Shown here: piece by piece, positions 22,343-28,920 of the stretch
How the letters are laid out: every line of letters begins with the position of its first letter
Numbering within the stretch: position 1 is the stretch's first letter
The notes under the pieces: model-generated
Databases searched by the model: none
Told to the model about the DNA's origin: nothing
The model's input: only the letters and a program-made list of their open reading frames with translations
Program-made: the position numbers and the translations under genes
Virus record (IMG/VR): IMGVR_UViG_3300005074_000010
Source: a virus
Length of the DNA stretch: 33,678 nt
Strand: one strand, 5' to 3'

Positions 22343-22710
22343 TCTTATACTGTACACTAACTCAAGCACAAATCATTGAACCAGATAAGATAAGCCATTT
22401 TTTAGGAGGCGGTCTTACTAGTGCTGTTACATATGAATATACGGACTATAAGACCTCTAGTAAGAGGCTAGCTCTGAAAAACTCGATTTTTTCTAGTATC
22501 TTTATAGGCACGATTAAAGAAGCATATGATAGTACACAGCCTAATAACGTATTTGACGGCCAAGATTTAGCCTACAGCGTTCTAGGAGGTGTTACAATTG
22601 CTTTTACGTTCAACCTATTAAACAGAAACAAAAATGAAAAAATTAATAATAATCTTGTTCGCTCTTATCGTAAGCATAGGAAACGCTCAAGAAAAAAAGA
22701 AAAAAAATAA
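22288..22710 (+). CDS. Putative exported/membrane protein, overlapping both neighbours
   Basis: Signal-like KILILYCTLTQAQ, DKISHFLGGG and KEAYDS...DGQDLAYSVLGG motifs, and a C-terminal hydrophobic segment. Overlaps its neighbours by 55 nt and 77 nt. Confidence 0.45.
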   Translation: MEKRNTRRNRSYNLTKILILYCTLTQAQIIEPDKISHFLGGGLTSAVTYEYTDYKTSSKRLALKNSIFSSIFIGTIKEAYDSTQPNNVFDGQDLAYSVLGGVTIAFTFNLLNRNKNEKINNNLVRSYRKHRKRSRKKEKK

Positions 22711-23731
22711 TTTCTTAAAGGAGATATTTAAGTACAGCACATTCTACAGTAGCTTTACAGAATCAAGCCCTCTTATAACACCAGATAATTACTTTGTAAC
22801 ACAATTAGGAGATGTTATTAATATAACGCCTGATAAAGAGAACGATTATAATATATCTGTAGGTATTAGAAAGATAGCTAGATTTGATTATGAGAATAAA
22901 GCAAAAAAATATTATGACGGCACAGAGAATAACTCTAGCTTAAATAGTAATGTAGGCTCTATTAGAGGTCTAGAGTATTTATTTCAGTACTCTAAAGGAA
23001 TGCAAAGAGGTATGAAGTTCACTAGTGAAAGATACTATATGAGATACTCTGGTAAATGGTGGAGCTCTAAGCTAGAGATGAACAATAACGGATTAATAGA
23101 CCTTAACTATAAATCTGCGGACCTTAGAGTAAGATTGCCTATTAAGGGTAATTTTTCTATTAGTATTGGCTCTACTTTAAGAACACATAAACCTTACGGA
23201 TATAATCCTATAGAGAGCTATCTCAGTAGTAACGCCTGGTGGGACCTGGCCTACTCTTACAATTATCAAGACCACTACTACGGAATAGATTATGATAATG
23301 ACGGCTTTACTGATGACGCTGATTGGTGGTGGAGTGATTCTGAAGGTAATAGAGTAGCTGATACAGATTTAGATTTCAGAAGAAACGTATATCAGAACAT
23401 AGTAAACGATTATAACAGGCGCGAATTAGACAAAATAGGCACTTTAGGGACACTTTCAGGAGTTTTAGGTATTGATTACTATATCTACAGAAATAATTGG
23501 TATTTGCACGCCTTTGCTAATATGTACCCAATACATAAGCATATGTTCGGAGATGAAGAATATAGCTATGAGGTATATGTAGGTAAAGATAATTGGCTAG
23601 ATTATAACGCTGGGCTAATGTACGGCTGGGATATTAGTAGCAAATTAGGTTTATTTACAGAGTATGAGATTACTAAATTTTGGGACAAAGAGCTAAGCTT
23701 TTTAAAGGCTGGTATCAATTATAAATTTTAA
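22634..23731 (+). CDS. Secreted outer-membrane beta-barrel-like protein
   Basis: Signal peptide MKKLIIILFALIVSIGNAQ. Alternating aromatic-rich strands, an Asp-rich DYDNDGFTDDAD..D.D.D loop, and a C-terminal ...GINYKF ending in Phe. Confidence 0.55.
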   Translation: MKKLIIILFALIVSIGNAQEKKKKNNFLKEIFKYSTFYSSFTESSPLITPDNYFVTQLGDVINITPDKENDYNISVGIRKIARFDYENKAKKYYDGTENNSSLNSNVGSIRGLEYLFQYSKGMQRGMKFTSERYYMRYSGKWWSSKLEMNNNGLIDLNYKSADLRVRLPIKGNFSISIGSTLRTHKPYGYNPIESYLSSNAWWDLAYSYNYQDHYYGIDYDNDGFTDDADWWWSDSEGNRVADTDLDFRRNVYQNIVNDYNRRELDKIGTLGTLSGVLGIDYYIYRNNWYLHAFANMYPIHKHMFGDEEYSYEVYVGKDNWLDYNAGLMYGWDISSKLGLFTEYEITKFWDKELSFLKAGINYKF

Positions 23732-23732
23732 T

Positions 23733-23748
23733 TTTTGTACCTTTACTA
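23733..23748 (+). promoter_or_regulatory. Promoter-like box TTTTGTACCTTTACTA (class 2)
   Basis: Paired with 19191-19206; 15 nt before the ATG at 23764. Confidence 0.4.
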
Positions 23749-23763
23749 TAAAAATTTTTAAAT

Positions 23764-24123
23764 ATGGAATTGAAATGGTTTAGATTATCTGAGTTTGATG
23801 AGCCTAAAAAAAAGGGCTCTGGCGCTAAGATGAGTAAAGATTTATTACTAATGTTAGACGACCTTAGAAACAAGTTTGGCAAGCCTATGAAGATTACTTC
23901 AGGTTACAGGTCTGAAAGCTACAATAAAAAAATCGGTGGCGTTAAAGATTCTTCACATATAAAGGGCCTTGCTGTTGATATTGCCTGTAACAACAGTAGA
24001 GATAGATTTATGATTGTAAAGCTAGCTCTAGAAGTAGGATTCAGACGTATAGGAATTGCAGAAACCTTTGTACACTTAGATATTGATACAGAAAAATCTG
24101 GTAAACTTATTTGGACTTACTAA
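23764..24123 (+). CDS. Endolysin, peptidase M15 family (zinc D-Ala-D-Ala carboxypeptidase / L-Ala-D-Glu peptidase type)
   Basis: ITSGYRSESYNKKIGGVKDSSHIKGLAVDI ... FVHLD matches the M15_3 signature. Confidence 0.85.
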   Translation: MELKWFRLSEFDEPKKKGSGAKMSKDLLLMLDDLRNKFGKPMKITSGYRSESYNKKIGGVKDSSHIKGLAVDIACNNSRDRFMIVKLALEVGFRRIGIAETFVHLDIDTEKSGKLIWTY

Positions 24124-24533
24124 TGGCAAAAAAACGCTTTAAAGATACACAAGTAGGTAAATTTCTACTAGATAAGATTCCTAGTGTTGTAGGAGCTATA
24201 GCAGAAGATACTCCTGTAGGGAGTGTGATAGAGGCTATTATTGGAGGGTCTGATATGCCTAAGGAAGATAAAGATATAGCTTTAGAGAAGCTAAGAATGG
24301 AACAGGTAGAAATGGATTCTATTACTAAAAGGTGGGTAGCGGATAGTAAGAGCACTTGGTTAGCAAGTAATGTACGTCCTTTAACCCTAGTATTTTTTAG
24401 TATTAGTTATGTGGTAGGCTGGTATCTAAATTACCCTCTTGATAGTATTACTGGCCTACTATCATTAATAGTTGGAGCTTACTTTGGCTCTAGAGGAGTA
24501 GAAAAGGTAATGGGTAATAACAAACACCAATAA
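24111..24533 (+). CDS. Holin-like membrane protein
   Basis: Overlaps the endolysin stop. The C-terminal half has two TM helices (RPLTLVFFSISYVVGWYL, ITGLLSLIVGAYFG). Confidence 0.55.
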   Translation: MDLLMAKKRFKDTQVGKFLLDKIPSVVGAIAEDTPVGSVIEAIIGGSDMPKEDKDIALEKLRMEQVEMDSITKRWVADSKSTWLASNVRPLTLVFFSISYVVGWYLNYPLDSITGLLSLIVGAYFGSRGVEKVMGNNKHQ

Positions 24534-24565
24534 TATGATATGTCCGCACTGTGTTATAGTAGGAA

Positions 24566-24594
24566 TCGTTTTTTTGGGCTTTTGCGCTAGCAAA
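24566..24594 (+). promoter_or_regulatory. Iteron/operator-like motif cluster R4 (TCGTTTTTTT-GGGCTTTTGCGC, palindrome tttgc-gcta-gcaaa)
   Basis: Same architecture as R1-R3. Four reverse-orientation AAAACG copies follow at 24632-24687. Confidence 0.45.
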
Positions 24595-24596
24595 TT

Positions 24597-24722
24597 ATGC
24601 CGAAAAAAATAGTTGCTATATATAACCTTAAAAAACGCAAGAAACGTCCAGGAACACACTCCAAAAACGCTTCTCGCGGTCAAAACGCGTATAAAAAAAA
24701 GTATCGCGGTCAAGGCCGTTAA
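24597..24722 (+). CDS. Possible 41-aa highly basic micro-protein (uncertain; may be non-coding regulatory DNA)
   Basis: MPKKIVAIYNLKKRKKRPGTHSKNASRGQNAYKKKYRGQGR. All Arg codons are CGN, unlike the AGA that appears to dominate in the genes inspected by eye. Confidence 0.25.
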   Translation: MPKKIVAIYNLKKRKKRPGTHSKNASRGQNAYKKKYRGQGR

Positions 24723-24729
24723 GATTTTG

Positions 24730-24737
24730 TATATTTG
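24730..24737 (+). promoter_or_regulatory. -7 promoter box TATATTTG (in TTTTGTATATTTGTA)
   Basis: Exact TAnnTTTG, 14 nt before the ATG at 24752. Confidence 0.5.
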
Positions 24738-24751
24738 TATAAAATTATAGT

Positions 24752-26095
24752 ATGAGCTTAAAGGATTCAGCAGTTTTTGCACTAGTACCTGTAGTATATG
24801 GTTATCAAAAATTATATACAGTTATCCCTAATTCTACTTCAGGAGACGTTACATTCTCTAGAGGTACTACTTCATCAAGAATTAACTCAGGTGGACTAAT
24901 AGAAATAACACCTGCACATTTCCCTACTGTTGATTACAAAATGGTAGACGCTGAGATAGTAGGTTGTCCTGAACAGAGTATACAAATGGGCCGTACTAAT
25001 TTCTTGAGAAGCAATATTGATTTTGTTGCTCCTGTATATTGGCTTACTAATAATGTATCTAAAGTTACAGACGCTAATCTAGAAACTCCTACAGGTGCCT
25101 TTGGTTGTGTTAGATTTATGGAGGGTACAGGAGGAACTACAGATAAAAAAATTACACAAACAGTATCTGTTGTAAGCGGTAGAACTTATAGCTTTAGTGT
25201 ATATGTAAAGCCCTATAATACAGATACCAGCAACAAACCATATGACCAGGCGGTAAGATTAAGATTTGGCTCTAATGACGCTAAATTCGATATACAAACA
25301 GGCTGGAGTAATGCTTCTAGCGCTAGAGACGCACAGGTACAAAAATTACCTAATGGCTGGTTAAGAGTAAGCGCTAAATTTACTGCTAATAGTAGCTCAA
25401 TGACTTGTGAAATATGGCTAATAAAAACTAATCAAAATTCCTTTGTAAACAATTACTCAGGAGACGCAGATAGAGGGGTTATGATGTATGGCGCTCAGCT
25501 AGAGTCAAATCCTGGTAGTAGTGCTAATGAGCCAAGCTCTCTAATACCTACTACTACAACAACAGTAACAAGAAGTAAAGATACAAACTACAGAACTAAT
25601 TTTTTCTCTAGCTACATACAAGAGCCTTACGCGTTATATTGGGAGGGTACAATAGATAGGCTTACTAGTGGTCAATCTCCTATAGCTGTATATGGTACTA
25701 ATTCTACTGTATTCAGCTTCTATCTTACTAATGAGAATACTATTAATGTATTTGGTAGGGCCTCAAGTGGCTCAGAGGTTTTAACCTCTTTCGATTTCAA
25801 AAAAAGAAAAGGAGATTATCTAAAAGTAGTAGCTCAGTATATTAGCTCAACAGAGGTATCTCTTTGTGTTAATGGTAGTTATTTAGGTCAAAAAACCAGA
25901 AGCTCTGTAGTAAATAATACTAGTATGAGGAATATATCAATAGGATATAAAGGATATTCAGATAATCAACAAAGGCAAAGCTGTAGTCAAGCTCTAATAA
26001 TTCCTAGAAAACTTACAGAAGCTGAATGTATAGAGATAACTACTAGTGATTCATTTGATAAAACAGTAAAAGAGTATAAATACTTAAAAGCATAA
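24752..26095 (+). CDS. Tail fibre / receptor-binding-like protein 1 (CBM/LamG-like beta-sandwich domains)
   Basis: ...TYSFSVYVKP...LPNGWLRVSAKFTA...MYGAQLE...SLIPTTTTTVTRSKD is a pattern common in phage fibre proteins. Confidence 0.6.
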   Translation: MSLKDSAVFALVPVVYGYQKLYTVIPNSTSGDVTFSRGTTSSRINSGGLIEITPAHFPTVDYKMVDAEIVGCPEQSIQMGRTNFLRSNIDFVAPVYWLTNNVSKVTDANLETPTGAFGCVRFMEGTGGTTDKKITQTVSVVSGRTYSFSVYVKPYNTDTSNKPYDQAVRLRFGSNDAKFDIQTGWSNASSARDAQVQKLPNGWLRVSAKFTANSSSMTCEIWLIKTNQNSFVNNYSGDADRGVMMYGAQLESNPGSSANEPSSLIPTTTTTVTRSKDTNYRTNFFSSYIQEPYALYWEGTIDRLTSGQSPIAVYGTNSTVFSFYLTNENTINVFGRASSGSEVLTSFDFKKRKGDYLKVVAQYISSTEVSLCVNGSYLGQKTRSSVVNNTSMRNISIGYKGYSDNQQRQSCSQALIIPRKLTEAECIEITTSDSFDKTVKEYKYLKA

Positions 26096-26096
26096 T

Positions 26097-27428
26097 ATGA
26101 GTATTAGATTAGGTAATAAAAAATTTGCAATAGGCACTAATAAGACGCTTATCTATAATGATGATAGCGGAAGATTCGCTGTTGATTATCTAGAAAATTT
26201 TAGAAACAGAAACGGTAGTTTTAAAGATTATAGAGGTAATCTTGTAAAAGGTCCTCAATTTTTGGGTCGTGTAGATTATGAGAGTAGGGGAGGAGCTGTT
26301 ATTAGTGAGAGCTCCTTTACGAATGAGAACGCACATAGCGAAGAACTTACTAACGGACACTATACAGCTTCAAATATGGTTGTATCTCTCCAATCATTAA
26401 GCGGACCTGATAAGGACGATACAATGCGTACATTTAAGCTACACAACTCTAATGCTAATGCAAGATTCAGTAAGACGTACGGAGTTTCTAGTAATAGACA
26501 AGTAAATCACAGCCTCTTTGTGAAAGCTGGTAATACAAAATATGTAGGCTTCAAAATGGTTACTAATGTAGGAGATAGTTACGCTATCTATAATATACAG
26601 GAGGGTAAAGTAGAGCAAACAGCTGAAACTAGTACAGATGTACAGATAAACGCAAAAATAATATCATACAAAGATGATTGGTATAGAATAGCTGTAGCAT
26701 TCAAAGAAGTAGCTACTACAGGTACTAATAGATTTGATTTTTTGGTCCTGAATAGTATTGATATTACCTCTGTTGTTACAAACAAATATTGTTTTGCTAC
26801 AGGTTATCAAAAAACACATTTGAAAGCGCTTAACTCTTACTTACCTACATATGATACAAAGAAAACATTTGTAGACGATAGATATAAAAGAGATAGTAAT
26901 ATGAAGTATTGGCTACCTAATAACACTAATAATTCACAATACGGAATTACCTTTACTGTAAGAGCTAGTGTATTCAAATTTGATGAAACCTCACTAGGAT
27001 TTATTAGTATAGGAGATAGTACTGCTGACTCTGATTCTACAGGTACAGGACATTTTATTGCTCTAGAAGCTACACTAAAAACTAATGAGCCTGTAATAAG
27101 GTGGAGAATGAAAACGAGTAGTAATAATCAATCATACGGTCCTAATATGTTACTAGGTGGCGTATCTAGTGGAGACGGTATAGAAACTATATATCACTTT
27201 GGTATTACATATACAGGTACAGGTACTTGGCTTATGTCTGTTAATGGCTCTACACAAACTATAACAGGTAATCCTACTATTGATACAGGATTTGTATATA
27301 ATACTTTCTCTTTAGCGCAACCTAGCGGAAATAAATTCAGGTGGAACGGTAGAGTATATGCTGTTAATATACTAGATAAACCAAGCACACAGGCTCAACT
27401 TAACGCAATAACCGCACAAAATTTATAG
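26097..27428 (+). CDS. Tail fibre / receptor-binding-like protein 2 (divergent paralogue of 24752..26095)
   Basis: Same length class (443 vs 447 aa) and the same motif order: ...HSLFVKAGN...DDWYRIAVAFK...GYQKTH...YLPTYDTKKTFVDD. Confidence 0.6.
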   Translation: MSIRLGNKKFAIGTNKTLIYNDDSGRFAVDYLENFRNRNGSFKDYRGNLVKGPQFLGRVDYESRGGAVISESSFTNENAHSEELTNGHYTASNMVVSLQSLSGPDKDDTMRTFKLHNSNANARFSKTYGVSSNRQVNHSLFVKAGNTKYVGFKMVTNVGDSYAIYNIQEGKVEQTAETSTDVQINAKIISYKDDWYRIAVAFKEVATTGTNRFDFLVLNSIDITSVVTNKYCFATGYQKTHLKALNSYLPTYDTKKTFVDDRYKRDSNMKYWLPNNTNNSQYGITFTVRASVFKFDETSLGFISIGDSTADSDSTGTGHFIALEATLKTNEPVIRWRMKTSSNNQSYGPNMLLGGVSSGDGIETIYHFGITYTGTGTWLMSVNGSTQTITGNPTIDTGFVYNTFSLAQPSGNKFRWNGRVYAVNILDKPSTQAQLNAITAQNL

Positions 27429-27430
27429 AT

Positions 27431-27679
27431 ATGATAACACATTTAGTAAAAAAATACGAATTCGAGAATGTAGCAGATTATGAAGCTCTAAAAGAAACTT
27501 ACGCCTCTACTGAGCATACAATAGTAGAACTAGGCCATATTGAAGAAGCTGATAATTTTTCTGTAGACGTACTATGGGTAAACCTAGAGGCACAACCAGA
27601 TGATTGGGCGCCTTATGAATTATCCCTTGATAATGACGGAGTACATATTTTTGACGGAGTACCCTACATTATAGAATAG
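27431..27679 (+). CDS. Small acidic hypothetical protein (82 aa)
   Basis: ORF track only; tightly coupled to the fibre genes. Confidence 0.5.
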   Translation: MITHLVKKYEFENVADYEALKETYASTEHTIVELGHIEEADNFSVDVLWVNLEAQPDDWAPYELSLDNDGVHIFDGVPYIIE

Positions 27680-27693
27680 ATAATAATTTTTTG

Positions 27694-27701
27694 TATATTT
27701 G
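27694..27701 (+). promoter_or_regulatory. -7 promoter box TATATTTG (in TTTTGTATATTTGTAC)
   Basis: Exact TAnnTTTG in the gap before the major tail gene. Confidence 0.5.
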
Positions 27702-27733
27702 TACAGTAATAATAATTTTAAAAAATATAAGTA

Positions 27734-28156
27734 ATGGCAAGTAATGTTTTCAACGGAACTAATCTACTATTAAAATTCGCTCAGGACGGGAGTTCTCCTG
27801 TAGTAATTGGGCACTCAACAAGCGCGTCTTTATCACTTAGTAATGACTTACCTGAAATCACTAGCAAAGATTCTGCTGGTTTTCAAGAGGTTATACCTGG
27901 TGTTAAATCGGCTGAGATTTCTTTTGAGGGATTAGTAAGTTATACTGACACTAACAACGTAAAAGAAATATCTGAATTATTACTTAATAGAAGCAAGATA
28001 GATTGGAGCTTTGCTACAGCTACTTCTGGGGACCAGATTTTCACAGGGGAGGGATTCCTTTCTAGTGTTGAGGTTTCAAGTGAGGCTGAAAGTCCAGTAA
28101 CTTATTCAGGCTCTATTACAGTAACAGGTACAATTACATCTGGTACAGTATCTTAA
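27734..28156 (+). CDS. Major tail protein
   Basis: 140 aa, Ser/Thr/Gly-rich beta protein immediately upstream of the chaperone and tape-measure genes. Confidence 0.7.
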   Translation: MASNVFNGTNLLLKFAQDGSSPVVIGHSTSASLSLSNDLPEITSKDSAGFQEVIPGVKSAEISFEGLVSYTDTNNVKEISELLLNRSKIDWSFATATSGDQIFTGEGFLSSVEVSSEAESPVTYSGSITVTGTITSGTVS

Positions 28157-28168
28157 TAGTATAATCAT

Positions 28169-28558
28169 ATGAACAAAAAAAGAGGGTATTATACCACTAA
28201 ATTAGGTGGTAAATCAAGGACGCTACATTTTAGCTTTAATTTCTGGGCAAATCTAACAGAGGAGCTCAATATAGGCTTAGAAAGTGTAGGAGAGGCATTT
28301 GGTACAGGTTTTAATATGACCGCTTTTAGAGCTTTAATATACGCTGGCTGTAAAGCATATGACCAGGAAAACAATATAGAGATAGATTACAATATCTATA
28401 ATGTTGGAGAATGGTTATCTGACCTAGAAGCTGAAGAAATAGAGAAGATAATGACGGCTATGAGTGAAACCAGAATACTAGGTAATGACCTTAATATGGG
28501 TATAGAAAGAAACCCAGAAGCCAAAAAACCTAATGCAAAAGCAAAAAAAAAGAGTTAG
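28169..28558 (+). CDS. Tail assembly chaperone (G-like, zero-frame product)
   Basis: Position between the major tail and tape-measure genes. Ends in a Lys-rich slippery tract. Confidence 0.75.
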   Translation: MNKKRGYYTTKLGGKSRTLHFSFNFWANLTEELNIGLESVGEAFGTGFNMTAFRALIYAGCKAYDQENNIEIDYNIYNVGEWLSDLEAEEIEKIMTAMSETRILGNDLNMGIERNPEAKKPNAKAKKKS

Positions 28559-28896
28559 ATAATCTAACTTGGGATAACATTACTGATTATTACATAGGTC
28601 AAGTAGGTATCAATCCTAATGATTTTTGGCTCTACACCTGGAACGAAGCTCAATTAGTAGCTGAATCATATCACATTAGATTAAACATAGAATGGGAACA
28701 ATGTAGATATATTGCTACTATGTTACATAATGTTAATGTACGCAAGCGCTCACAAGTAATAAAACCAGAAAAACTATTCAAATTACCTCAAGATTCTTAC
28801 AGGCGTCAAGACGTTGAAATACCTACAGTAGAGGATATGCAAGCGTTTGAAGATAAGCTAAGTAGGCTTACTAATAAAAAAGTGTTTGATTTTTAG
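28169..28896 (+). CDS. Tail assembly chaperone fusion product (GT-like) made by a programmed -1 frameshift at A_AAA_AAG (28546-28552)
   Basis: The -1 frame is open from 28534 to TAG at 28894-28896. It has no usable start codon near its 5' end. Confidence 0.7.
28546..28552 (+). promoter_or_regulatory. Slippery heptamer A_AAA_AAG for -1 ribosomal frameshifting
   Basis: Zero-frame codons are aaa(28547) aag(28550), within gcaaaaaaaaagag. Confidence 0.65.
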
Positions 28897-28904
28897 TAAA
28901 TTTG
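28897..28904 (+). promoter_or_regulatory. -7 promoter box TAAATTTG
   Basis: TAnnTTTG match 16 nt before the tape-measure ATG. Confidence 0.4.
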
Positions 28905-28920
28905 TACAAATCCCTTAAAT

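Noticed and set aside
24535-24612. 25-aa ORF MICPHCVIVGIVFLGFCASKLCRKK directly after the holin stop.
   Set aside because: It is very short. Its middle is the shared operator motif R4 (tcgttttttt..ggcttttgcgctagcaaa), which recurs in clearly non-coding contexts. It is more likely regulatory DNA.
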